This document shows, one piece after another, positions 1 to 11,343 of a stretch of DNA of 20,000 nucleotides. The notes under the pieces were generated by a model. That model saw only the letters and a list, made by a program, of their open reading frames with translations, did not search any database and was not told the origin of the DNA. Origin of the DNA: Diploschistes diacapsis (lineage: Eukaryota); NCBI GenBank assembly GCA_023645945.1, contig JALAIB010000002.1, forward strand, positions 48,397-68,396, in the 5' to 3' direction. Within the stretch, counting starts at the first letter, position 1. Each line of letters starts with the position of its first letter. Both the position numbers and the translations under genes were made by a program.

Positions 1-975
1 ATTAAAACTAAAAGCTGGGTTGTTGTCATTACCAATATGACCGCTTTTGCTATCGTCAACACCATGGGCGTCATCACTATCGTTGGATCCGTGATAGCTG
101 TCGTTGGGACCGTCGCCACCTCCAATGCCATTACCGTCCTCGTTGGCGCCGTCATCACCTCCATCGTCATCCGTTGGTGTAGCCCCATCATCTCCAAAGA
201 TAGCATTACGGATTGCTTGGTATATATCCTGAAAATTCTCAAGGCTGTCGTTAGTCAAACTCAAATAATTCAGTAGCACATAGGTATGGCTCTGAAAGGC
301 CAACAGTTGGTGAACACGTACCGCTGGACTCATTGACTTCGGATCGTCTCCGGAATCTTCACCGTCATCCGGTGGTGTGTCTGCACCAACACAAGGAGAT
401 TCAGGGCCAAGGTATGAAGGTTCCGGACCAGAGCCTATAGTTACAGTCAAGGTTGTAGAGTGTGCAGGTGATCTAAGCGTATTTGCAGTTGACGGCGTGT
501 CAGCGATGCTCCAAGGCGTCCTTGTCTCGGTCCATCTCTCGGTCCATCTCTCGGTCCATCGATTCGGGATCATCGAGCTGGTGGTTGACGACGACTCACC
601 TGTACCTAGATATGGGTCGGAGTCCGGTTCAGGAGCGACTGAATAGACCACATGGGGGTGGAACTCTGTGCTCGAAGTTGAACATGAAGCTTCGGTGGTC
701 GACGTTGTGCACGACTCAGTGAGTGAGCCTTCTGGGCCAGCATAAGATGGTTCGTCCGTGGTTGAGCAAGGAGATTCTGTAGCCGGAGTTTTATGGACGG
801 GAACGGTTTGAGCCTTGATTGAGCAGTAGCCCTGTATTATAAAATGTCAGCATAATATAATATGACAAGGGGCTTAACTGACATCTGCAGAGTGTAAATG
901 ACCTGTTTCCTCTGCAATGCCAGGAGCAGCCAACGCTAGGACAGTGCATATGGAGATAGGAGCAGTGAGCTGCAT
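1..975 (-). CDS. Secreted Ser/Thr-rich then Asp/Gly-rich protein (cell-wall/effector-like); 3' end beyond the window
   Basis: ATG at 975; exons 975-883, 831-322, 228-<1; introns 882-832 (GTCAGT..GCTGAC..CAG) and 321-229 (GTACGT..CTAAC..CAG). Translation MQLTAPISICTVLALAAPGIA/EETGHLHSAD|GYCSIKAQ..TESCTTSTTEASCSTSSTE..KSMSPA|DIYQAIRNAIFGDDGATPTDDDGGDDG.. has a signal-peptide-like N-terminus and is open to the window edge, which explains its absence from the ORF track. Confidence 0.8.
525..560. repeat. Perfect 3x12-nt tandem repeat (TCTCGGTCCATC), coding RWTE-RWTE-RWTE on the minus strand
   Basis: Copies at 525-536, 537-548 and 549-560, read directly. Confidence 0.95.
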
Positions 976-2069
976 AGCGGAAAGCAGATATTCCAGCTAG
1001 TGCGGCGGCTGGTGGCGAGATTGAACGGTTTTCAAACAGTCTGTCAAGCTGTCGACAGCTGCGAGAGCAAAAGAAGTAGAAGAAGATAGGAGAGAGATAG
1101 GGAGAGTCGAATGTTTCGAGGTTCAGAAGCCTTCTCAAAGCTATCGAGAGCAATAGCAAACGGGGTGGCACAATACAGTGCTAAAAATGCTGACAATGAC
1201 AGTGAGGAGAGGCGAAGGAAGAAGAGAGAGAAGACAATGAGGAAGGGAACTTATAGGAGGGAAAAGCGTAGCGATGATGCTGTTTGCCGGAAACCTACGA
1301 TAGCCCTGGAGAGCCCTGGAGACGGGCTGCAATCGGACAGAGAAGGCACGCTGGAGCTCACCAGGAGCATCTTCTGGTGAGTAATCTGAGATAAAAAGGA
1401 AAGAGACATGCAGAGAAGAGCACATAAAGATGGCAAGGCCTGATCAGAGAAGAGCCCAAGCCGTGCTTTCCAAAATGAAGATTTTGTTGCCACCTCTGGA
1501 GCCGCTGTGGCCCTTTCGTAAGGGGCTCGATGGTAATACTGGAGTTCAAGACGTTTGACACTGACTGCTTATGGTCTTGATGGGATGAAGCACCAAGCCT
1601 GCAAAAAAAATAATTTCTCACTGAAGAATGGCCTGTGGCTATATTCGAGTTCTATTAGTATATTTGTTCTAGCTCAAGTGCTTGGAATTAGCACACGGGA
1701 GCGTATTCGGCTCAGCAGGCTTCTTAAGCCTACAATTCAATGGATACACTACACGAAAGTCAAAGTGGGCAGTCCACATGGCTATGAGAGAGGACCAGTC
1801 GGGGATGAACGCCAAATAGCAATGCAAGTGACAAGACCCTTAGAGATGCCCAGCAAGAGGCGGTCGTCACCTTGTCCTTTCTTGAGAATCCTTGACTCCA
1901 ATGCTCACATCATCAATGCAAGAACCCAACCGACAGACTTGACAGACTTGCTTCCCTTGCGCAGTAGTCAACCTTTGCTATTGGGGAATTGACTTCCAAT
2001 GCTCCTCCGTACCTCTCAAACAGATCTTATCTCGCGTGCGGCGGCGACAGAGACAATCGCTGAAGGCAC

Positions 2070-5000
2070 TCATCTCCACCTCCCGGCTTCTCGTTCTTGC
2101 TCAACTCGCCTAGCATCTAGTCCGTCTTCGTCTTCATACTTGTAACTCACACGCCTACTGGGTTGCTTTGTACCGTCACCCTTCCGCTTCGGAGCACCAA
2201 ACGCTCGGCGTTGCATCTCGCGTTGGAGACGTTCACGATCACGAGCTTCGCGCTCTAGTGTATGGACATCCTTCTCCGCTTTGTTTGCTGGAGCTTTTGG
2301 AGCCTCCCTCTCTCGCTCCTTAGCGCGCTCCACCGGTCTACTTTGCTGCATGCTTGCACGTGGACCAGTTGGGATCGGTTTGGCCAGTACCGGAACTTGG
2401 ACTTGAGAGGTACCATTGATTGCCATAGACCCGCGGCGAGAGGCTGAAGAAGGGCCGTGGAAGCTGGGCGTGATCGGAGTTTGGGGCTTAGAGCTCTCAT
2501 GGCTACGTGAATGACGGTCAGAGACTGTCTCATAGTTCGGTGAATGTCCACGGCGAGAGCGCTTCCTTTCGTGGCGTTCTCGTTCGTCCTCTTGGCCATA
2601 GTCACGGTCCCGTCGTTTCCGTGAATTGTGCCCGTCGTAATCGTCGGTCAACTCGTGTGCATATGGCGTGGTTGGTGTTGGATCAACGGAGTATTCTTGA
2701 GACCTCGAACGTTTCCTGCGGTGCTTTCGCTCTCCCTTGTAAGTATCCTCACGATGGCGGTGTTTCTCCTTTACTACTGTTCTGTCTGGTTCCCAATCAC
2801 GGTCTGGGCTCCGACTCTGGGAACGGGCCCGGTGTCGGTGACGTTCCGAGTGATCCGTCTCCTGATCGTGGCGACGATGAGAGCGGTGAGAAGAGCGTTT
2901 AGTATCGGGTGCTTCGATGGCGTCTTCTTCCTCATAACGGTGAGAGCGGCGATGGCGCCTTTCTTCTCGCCTTTCTTCCCGCTTTCCATTGCGCCGGTCA
3001 TCATGTCTCTCCTCCCTTCTTGACTCGCTAGGCTCACTTGTGAAGGCATGGTGCTTACTTCCATGGTTGTTCATGTGACGAGGAGCAGGCGACCTTGAGC
3101 TGGAGCATGAATGCGAAACTTCTTGGTTGTGGATAGGGGACCGGCTATTTGCAGTCAGCTTGCAACCAAACGGTAAGTTATAGATGCTGCCATATTTGAC
3201 CTACCTTCGTGAGCGGCCCCGAGCATCGCTGCCCACGGGCTCGGGTATGATGGGCTTATCTGAGCCCGCGAGGCCCCAGCCACTTCGTCCCGTATTGCGC
3301 AGTCCCTGACGCAGAGCCCGTGGACCTGTGGGCGCACCTACAACGCCGACAGCTTTAGGTTCGGCAACAGCTATATCTGTGTTTTGAGACGCATCGCTAG
3401 GTGTTCGTCCACCGTGACTATGGCTTTGTACTCGGCCTGGGAATTGCGACGCTGGCCCTACAGAGGTAGTTGAAGCGGGAGGAGGCATAACATTGCGTGA
3501 ACGGGGCTCGTCCGAGATAAAGGTCTGGATGGGTCGAGGAGTCGGATCTGCGACTTCACCAAGGTCTTCTAATCCCTGCGCTTCACTGTGTTGTTGCTGC
3601 CTCTCCGTTTCGGAAGGTACTGTGTTTGCTGATTTCTCAACCGTGGCAAAAGACTCATCGGGAAGTATCATTTTACCACAGTCTTGCTGTTCATCATGGA
3701 CAATACTTTCGGAGCCATCATTAGCTTTAACATCTTGCTCAACTGTCGCTTCAGTTGGCAATGTCTCTTTCGAGTTTGGACTAATGCTAGAGTCTGCATT
3801 TTCTGTATCAACCCAAGCGTTCTTCGAATCTTCATCGACGGATGGCTTTCTCCCCAATTCCTCATCAAAATCGTGTTGCCCACCAGGCGCAAGTTCCTTC
3901 ATCATCTGCGCCTCTGCTTCTGCTGCGGTCATGCTACTCTGAGCAGGCTGGCCTTCGGTCGTACTTTCAAAGTTCTGGTTTGTGAGCTGCTCATTCTGTG
4001 AATGTGGATACAAATTCTGCGTAGGACCATTGTGGTTAGCATACCCACGCTGATTACCTTGATACGATTGATTGTAATTGTTTCGGCCGTAGCCTCCATT
4101 GTAGTATCCACGCCGACCGCGGCGGTTCTGAAAACCTTGACGGCCATGACCACGTTGGAAATCATTGTTTGCATATGATTGATCATTCATCTGGTTGTTA
4201 TTGCCGGACATGTTATATCCACCTTGATTACCAAAGCTGCCATTGCCAAATGAATTGTTATTGTACGAATCTTGGCCGGCCATCCAAGGACTGCCAAATT
4301 GGTTTTGGCCGTTCAATCCCATTCCCATATTCATTGCATTCATGTTCATGCCCATGTTCGAGCCGTCGAACCCGCCAAACATTTGTGACATCATCGAAGG
4401 CATCATCCCCATACCTGTGCACTTTCGTTAACAAACAATTGGACATCAATAAAGGAGGAATCCTTACCCATCATGTTTGGGAATCCGCTCATAGGCATCA
4501 TGCCGCCGCCGGACATCATAGAATTGAAATCCATGGGGAAGGTGCTGTTCATATGATTCATACCGTTTAATCCGACAGCGCCGTTCGGGAGGCCTTGGCT
4601 AGTACTGCTTCCGGCAGCCCATTGATTCACATCTTCGCCTATCTTGCTTTCGTCAAAATCTCTATTTTTTGGGGGACCTTCCTTTTCTTTGATTCCATCC
4701 CCTAAGCTCGCCGCATCTGGTTTATTTGGCACATATGGTTCAGTAGACTGAAACGGGTCAGCTGGGGGGGCTCAGTTGTGAAATGCTAATGCTTGCAGAG
4801 ACGATAACTAACCTCCGGCAGTGTTTGCTTTTCACCTCTGCGAGAGCCTGCCGATCCGTGTGACCTGGCAGAAACTGACTTCTCCATATGCAGTGCTGTC
4901 GGTTCATTCTGACGGACCTGCACAGCATCGCCACCATACTCTTCATCTTTCTCGTCGCTAACGCCATCTTCCTTGCCACTGATAGCTTCGCCAGGAGTCC

Positions 5001-5481
5001 CGCCCACTGCTTCCTCTTCCTTTACTGCTTTAGCAGCTTCTGCAGCTTGGCGCTTCATGCGCGTATCGAACTTATTCTTGAGCAAAGCTCTGATGGTCGT
5101 ACGCATAGACTTGTTCGCCGTACAGATACTCTTATCCAATGGGCTGTGGTGGCAGAGAACGCATTCTTCCGAGTCGTCCGGCAGCTCTGTCTTAAAGCCT
5201 TGGATTTTGTCAGAGGTAGGCAAAGTATGGGGAGGCTGCTATACGTACAGTTTTCGCAAATGTTAGTTGAGCAACATGGCAGCCTGATAGTATTGTATGC
5301 GATCAAGTCACATATGCCACATCGCAGCTTAGCTGGAATTTCTCGTGTAGTGAGAGATCTATCACGAAGTTAGCGCCAGAGTTTACCTCAGGCGAGTGGA
5401 ACCTTACTTTCCCAGCTCTTCCAGTTCGGCTTCCGTTGGGACAACCGTTGGGAACTTAGCGGAGAGAGACCTGGAGGCCAT
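2070..5481 (-). CDS. RING-like zinc-finger protein with Met/Gly/Asn-rich, RGG and Arg/Ser/Glu/His-rich low-complexity regions (RBBP6/Mpe1-like RING; probable nuclear RNA-processing or E3 factor)
   Basis: Six exons join in frame: 5481-5408, 5358-5249, 5198-4813, 4747-4468, 4414-3205, 3144-2070, all with GT..AG introns of 49-65 nt. Cys pattern LRCGIC..RLPCCSTNICENC..ECVLC; RRGRRGYYNGGYGR; RS/RE-rich tail ending RRVSYKYEDE..RRVEQEREAGRWR. The function is inferred. Confidence 0.8.
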
Positions 5482-5955
5482 GTTCAAGCCAAAGACTTGG
5501 TATGGTGAGAAAAAGGACTGCCAGCTGCTATAGCTGAATTGAGGGGCACTGTATCTGGAAAGAGAAGAGGTAGGCACAGAAGAATCAGAAGTCGTCAGGT
5601 TGGTGGATGTTTCATGATGGAAAGAAGGCCGAAATGCAGTGGCACAGACTAAAGAACAACAGGTGTTTGAATCAACCGGCTCAGATATCTGTTATGATCT
5701 AGATTGCAGTCAAACTTGGGCATTTCATGAAGTTGGAAAGTTTCAGTTCATGAGAGCTTACCTAAGGAATGAAAAGGTATAACTTAAAGTTGTGCAAGAA
5801 AGCATAACTCCACTATGCCTAGCTCTTTGCTACCGGTAGATACTGATGTCAATATTTTACAATATCAAAGGCTTTCCTGTTGTTAATGTTTTCAGTATTG
5901 TGCTTCTCGTCTGTATTGTTAGATTGTATACGATAGATAGCGGAAGGAGGTTACC

Positions 5956-7304
5956 ATGATTCTGGGCCCTATTGCTTACATAGACTGCATGGTGTTTGTT
6001 GTTCTTCTAATACCACAACTACTTTACCGAGTAAACTGGAGTAAACTGCTCCTTACAGGCTTGAAAGCACTGCCTTATCTATGTATGAATTTCCCAGAAA
6101 ACTCATTGGAGATAACTAATCAACTGCAAAATAGTTATATTTATTCCGTATTCGTTCATTGCCGAACGCTATTACACACCCAAAAGAGACCAATCCCCTC
6201 ATGTTCAGCGCTCACGGCCGTTCCAAGACTTCGTCACGCGCTCTGTCAAGTATGCATTCGCAAATATGTCAGCCGACATTGGGCGTATCTTCTTCTCCAG
6301 AGAAGTTGCATTACCATTCACACGTTTCCGTATGCTCCGTAATGGCATTTTCCGTTCACCTGTCAAGTGGGCAGAGGTAAGGATACAAGGGAAGGAGAGG
6401 TATGCTGACGTGAAAGTATGCTCTGACAAAGATACTGAAGTGTGTAGTGTACGCGGTCTGCTAATGAAGGCTGATCCCTCGAAAGAGGCAGACATGGTCG
6501 TCTACTACTGCCATGGTAAAACGCTAGCCCCATGGCCTTCACCTTCTGATCTGACCTAAAACAGGTGGCGGCTTCTCCATGGGCTCACCCTACTTCTACC
6601 TGGAGCCGCATCTTGTTCTGCTATCGTTACTTCAGAGACATTATCAGAACCCGGCCGTTTTCTCGCTGGATTACGATCTGGTCCCAGATCGAAAATGGCC
6701 TGTTCAATTGGACCAAGTAACGGCTGGCTACCAGTTCGCCCTTTCGGTAGCCTCTGGCGATTCCGCTCGAGTGTGCGTGGCTGGCGATTCTGCAGGCGGC
6801 ACGCTTGTATTGAGTCTCCTCTTAGCCCTTGCAAAAAAGGTAGGGGTCAACGGAATTAAGCCCGGATATGCAACTCTATTGAGCCCTTGGGTAACGCTCG
6901 TGTCTCCAAGCAATAAGGACACGAAGAGCGACTTTCTCAATTTCGATACTTTACATTTGTATGCAGGTGAATATGCCGGTACGACCGACAATCTCTACAA
7001 TCCTTTAATATCACCCGGCTGTTGTAAGGACTTGCAGTGGTGGGCATCCGCCGCGCCATTGAATGGATTTTACTTCAGCTTCGGGTCCGAGGAAGTTCTT
7101 TCTTCAGAGGCGAAGACATTAATCCAGCTTCTGCGAAAAGCCTCTGTTCCGGTTCGTGTAAGGGAGGAGCCAGGAGGAGTACATGCATGGGTCATTGCAA
7201 ACTTATTTCTGTGCAATACATTCGAAGAAAGGATCTTCGGAATGCAAGAGGTGGTAAAAGCGATAGTTTCTAATATCCCTCCGTCAGCGAAACTAAAAAA
7301 TTAA
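5956..7304 (+). CDS. Alpha/beta hydrolase, HSL family (Say1/steryl-deacetylase-like) with N-terminal hydrophobic segment
   Basis: Exons 5956-6082, 6135-6399, 6448-6515, 6565-7304 (intron 2 boundaries least certain). Oxyanion motif YYCH-GGGFSMGS is restored only after splicing 6516-6564; nucleophile GDSAGG; LLSPW; GSEEVL acid; GGVHAW His. Confidence 0.9.
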
Positions 7305-7540
7305 GTCGCTGCGACCACTGTCTTGGGCTAACTGTAGAAATGAAGAAATCATGATAACATGCCTCGCCTAGAGCCTGTCTTGCCTTTCATGATTGTCCTT
7401 GTAAGCGAACAAAAACATCGAGGAAGTTGCCGCAGAAAACCGAAGCGTAACTTCCTGACGCTAGTCCGCAAAAAGAGGCCAACCGTGATTTCAACATCTT
7501 CTGGAGGTTCAGAAGCATCAACTAACACAAAGACATCACA

Positions 7541-8998
7541 ATGCTTACACGTGCTCTGAGGCCAGGCCAAAGACTACCTCTACGGAGGAATGCAGTGACC
7601 AGTCTCTCCCGACGGTTAGTCACGACAGATGCTGCATCAGCACATGCGGACAAGGAAAGCGTACCGACAGTAAGTACTCGAGAAGCAATTTAATGAGATG
7701 CAGAGTTTGATAGGCTGGGCAGGAAGATGACAAGCCATTTGAAGTCAAGCTCTCCGATGAAAGCTTCGAAACATACGAGCTTGATCCTCCTTCATATACC
7801 TTGAACACTACGAAAAAGGAGCTGAAGCAGATGTACCGTGACATGGTCACGATAAGGTGAGATTGAGCCCTGTATGAAGATTAGTTCGTCCTCGCTGAGT
7901 GTTTCAATGCAGGCGCATGGAAATGGCTGCCGATCGTCTCTACAAAGAAAAGAAAATCCGAGGTTTCTGCCACTTATCGACAGGACAGGAGGCTGTTGCA
8001 ACCGGCATCGAGCACGCTATTACCAAGGAAGACTCTGTGATCACTGCGTACCGATGTCATGGCTTTGCTTTGATGCGCGGTGGAACTGTCAAGTCCATTA
8101 TCGGGGAACTGCTCGGCCGAAGAGAAGGTATTGCTTACGGGAAGGGCGGATCGATGCATATGTTCTCGAAAGGCTTTTTTGGCGGCAACGGCATCGTCGG
8201 CGCTCAAGTGCCTGTTGGCGCTGGGCTTGCATTTGCACAACAATACACGGGAAAACAGAATACCACGCTCGCCTTGTACGGCGATGGTGCGGCCAACCAA
8301 GGTCAAGTTTTCGAGGCGTTCAACATGGCCAAGCTATGGAACCTACCTATTATTTTTGGATGTGAAAGTATGTTCTTCTTCCGTCCTTACCGCAACATCC
8401 ATTTGTCGCATTACTAACAGATGCGCCAGACAACAAGTACGGCATGGGCACATCCGCCAACCGCTCCTCCGCCCTGACCGACTACTACAAGCGCGGGCAG
8501 TACATCCCCGGCCTGAAGGTCAACGGTATGGACGTCCTCGCCGTCAAAGCCGCCGTCCAATACGGCAAAGCCTACAATCTCGCCGGCCACGGCCCCCTCG
8601 TCTACGAATACGTCACATACCGCTACGGCGGGCATTCCATGTCCGACCCGGGCACCACCTACCGCACTCGCGAGGAGATCCAGCGCATGCGCAGCACCAA
8701 CGACCCCATCGCGGGCCTGAAGCAGAAGCTGCTCGACTGGGGCGTCACATCCGAGGAGGAGCTGAAGACCATCGACAAGGACGCCCGCAAGTACGTCGAC
8801 GACGAGGTGGCGGAGGCGGAGAGGATGGACGTCCCGGAGCCGACACCCAAGGTTTTGTTCGAGGACATGTACGTGAGGGGCAGCGAGCCGCTGTGGGTGA
8901 GGGGCCGGACGCCGGATGAGACGCACTACTTCGACGACCTGGGCGTATCGAAGGAGGGATCGACGCAGAGGTTTGATAAGGAGAGGGCGATGGCTTGA
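7541..8998 (+). CDS. PDA1: Pyruvate dehydrogenase E1 component alpha subunit, mitochondrial
   Basis: Exons 7541-7669, 7723-7856, 7913-8367, 8430-8998. Arg-rich presequence [47 protein letters not shown] motif [18 protein letters not shown]; phosphorylation loop [14 protein letters not shown]. Confidence 0.98.
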
Positions 8999-9449
8999 GG
9001 AGTCTGTATAAAAATGTTGGTAGCAAGGCGTATCTTAGAAGCGTTCAAGGGCATTGTAGTTTGGTTTTAGAAGGTTCAGCTTCGTCCGAATTTTGCTTTT
9101 CGCTCAATCGACCCAACGTGCAACCGACTCAACTAGTGTGATATCCATCGCAGCTCAGCCCAGCAAGCAACCGGCTATGGGGAGCTCGCGATGCTCCGTA
9201 GCTCCAAGCGCCCCAGAAACGCCAGTGATCCCTAAACGCCTAAACATCCCCAAGCCAAAGGTTCATCACCAACCTTTTCCATGCTCGCTAGCCGTGAGCG
9301 CGCCCACCCCTGTACTGGCCTTGAACACACTCTCCTCTACTCTGCGCTACCCCTGGAGCACTCCCGCGTCAGTCATACTCAGGGTATCTCCGCCGGGTCT
9401 TTGCCAAGCATGGCAAAGTCCGCGTTCATGCCCACGGTGGGTATGTGCG

Positions 9450-9705
9450 TGTCTGTGGAGAGACTTCGGCTTCTTTGTGGCTCCCGTGCTGCTTCTCCCC
9501 TGGCACTTCCGTTTCCCCCCTTGCCCCATCTCGCCAATACGCGATCCCTCCTTTTTTCCCTGCCCCCGTCATCGCCCAACACGCGATCCCTCCTTTCCCC
9601 CTTCTTTTGCGCCATCGTCTCTCTCCACCTTCCCGCCTCCCCCCCCGTTAAGCTCGGTCGTGTCTGTGCTAATCTTGGGCTTCTTCGCGGCTCCCTGCTC
9701 CTCAT
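9450..9705. repeat. Degenerate internal duplications at the HAT1 3' end
   Basis: 9531-9560 tcgccaatacgcgatccctccttttttccc matches 9572-9600 tcgcccaacacgcgatccctcctttcccc. About 9450-9490 gtgtctgtggagagacttcggcttctttgtggctccc matches about 9660-9696 gtgtctgtgctaatcttgggcttcttcgcggctccc. Confidence 0.8.
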
Positions 9706-11343
9706 CCGACTCCTCGTCTTCGTCGTCCACAATCTTTCTCTTCCCCCTCCCACTTCGGGCTCTGCTAGCGCTCTCGTTTTGCGCTGGCCCATTATCGCCC
9801 GCACTTTCCGCCCCCTGCTCCTCATCCCTCGGACCCTGCTCCATCTTCCCTAGCAGCCGCTCATAATCCTCCCACTGCCGGGCCAGCGTCTGCTCCAGCT
9901 TCTCCACCCTCTCGTCCCCCTCAATCTGTATCAGCAGATCCTTGTGCTGCCGATATATCCTCTGCTTGACCAGCAGCCGCCAGTAGTAGAACGCCCTGTC
10001 TCCCTCGTCGCTCGCCCAAGCCTTGCGCGTCAGCCGCGTCGTATTCGCCTGCCGCGTGTACTGCGGGATCTGCGATAGGAGGTGCATCTCCACCAGCCGC
10101 GCGAACTGGCGCGGGGCAAGCTTGTTCTTCGTACGCAGGGTTTCGAGGAGGGGCTTGTCGAGGAGCTTGGAGGTGGGGACACAGACTCGGGGGCGGCGCA
10201 CGGTGAGCTTGGGCTCGAGGTTCACGTTCAGCTTGATTTGGGAGAAGGTGCCGTTTGCGGAGAGGCGAGCGTAGTCGCAGAAGTCGCGGAGGTCGTCGAA
10301 GTGCTCGTTAGGGTCCTCGACGGTGATCTCTATGCAGGCGGGATCGGAGAGGATGGAGGAGATGGCGGCCTTGTAGAGGTGGCGCCCGTGGCCCCGGCCT
10401 TGGAAGGGGGGGAGAATGAGAAATTGGGAGATGCGGGTGCGGTTGGGCAGGGAGGTGAGAGAGATAGGGTCGGGTGGGGGAAAGGAGAATGATCGAGGGG
10501 AAGAGGCTTGTGCGGTTGCGTGAGTGGAGCTGGAGGTGAAGAGGGAGGAGGTGGAGGGCTGGTAGGTGAGGAAGCCATAGGCCGTGCTGTAACCGACAAG
10601 GGAGTAGGGGGAGTAGATGAATTCAGTGGTAGGGAGTTTTTCAAAGCTGGTAACCATAAGCAGCGTAGTGTGTATGCGAAGGCGATGGCTTACATGAACC
10701 AGACTCGCCAGCGCGCGGACGACCACTCCGGATCGTCCATAGGTATCAGGACGCCACCATCGATAAAGAAGGGTATTAGGATCTGGACTCGCTCGATAAG
10801 CTTCGCAACGCTGGGATCGGAGAGTTCTCCAGCCCATATCTCATAGTCGTGCCCTTCGAGAGCATAAGAGCTCATGCATTTTCCAGGCGGTTTGAATGAG
10901 CCTGCCTTCTCGGCATTGCGGAGTCGGCTATCGAAGTCTTCCGGACTATTGAAGGCGTCTTGGGCATGATATTAGCTTTGTAAATATGGAGAAGTCGCAT
11001 GATCGCACATGGTGGCAAATACTCCTTGAAGATTTTCTTCAGATCCACCGCTCTTGTATCTCCAACAGCCTTCCATTTATCGCTATACGTGATGTCTAGG
11101 TTCGGATATACGTCATGCGCTGTGAAGCGAAGTTTCACGTCCAGGTCTTTGTAACCAAATATCGATTGATCTTGCCCAAAAAATTGCTCGGTATACTCGG
11201 GATTGAAGGAGTAGATCTGCTCGGGGCCACCTTTAGAAGGCTGGCTTATGGTGATCTGGATAGCTTCATTGGCGCTTGTAGACCCTGTTGATCTGTCAGA
11301 CGTAATTGCTAGCATGTGAAACTAGCATACATTCTTCGTCCAT
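9569..11343 (-). CDS. HAT1: Histone acetyltransferase type B catalytic subunit
   Basis: Exons 11343-11331, 11284-11009, 10958-10694, 10646-9569. MDEEWSTSANEAI; FNPEYT..FG..SIFGYKDL; PFFIDGG; GNAT motif A RISQFLILPPFQGRGHG; EITVEDPNEHFDDLRD. The extreme C-terminus is uncertain (see findings). Confidence 0.95.

Noticed and set aside
525..560. Direct repeats as a CRISPR-like array
   Set aside because: No spacers, eukaryotic context, and the repeat is in-frame coding sequence.
1000..2060. ORFs 1111-1380, 1555-1992 and overlapping minus-strand ORFs
   Set aside because: No motifs or consistent splice pattern; best read as the promoter of the secreted gene plus the 3' region of the RING gene.
7281..7304. 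AKL near the hydrolase C-terminus as a peroxisomal PTS1
   Set aside because: It is followed by KN before the stop, so it is not terminal.
9150..9240. GC-rich stretch as a possible tRNA or ncRNA
   Set aside because: No cloverleaf stems or A/B-box (TGGT..GTTCGA) arrangement found.
8080..10492. Long alternative-frame and antisense ORFs (8080-8919, 8414-8926, 9093-9866, 9281-9853, 10082-10492)
   Set aside because: Shadows of GC-rich PDA1 and HAT1 coding sequence, where stops are depleted.
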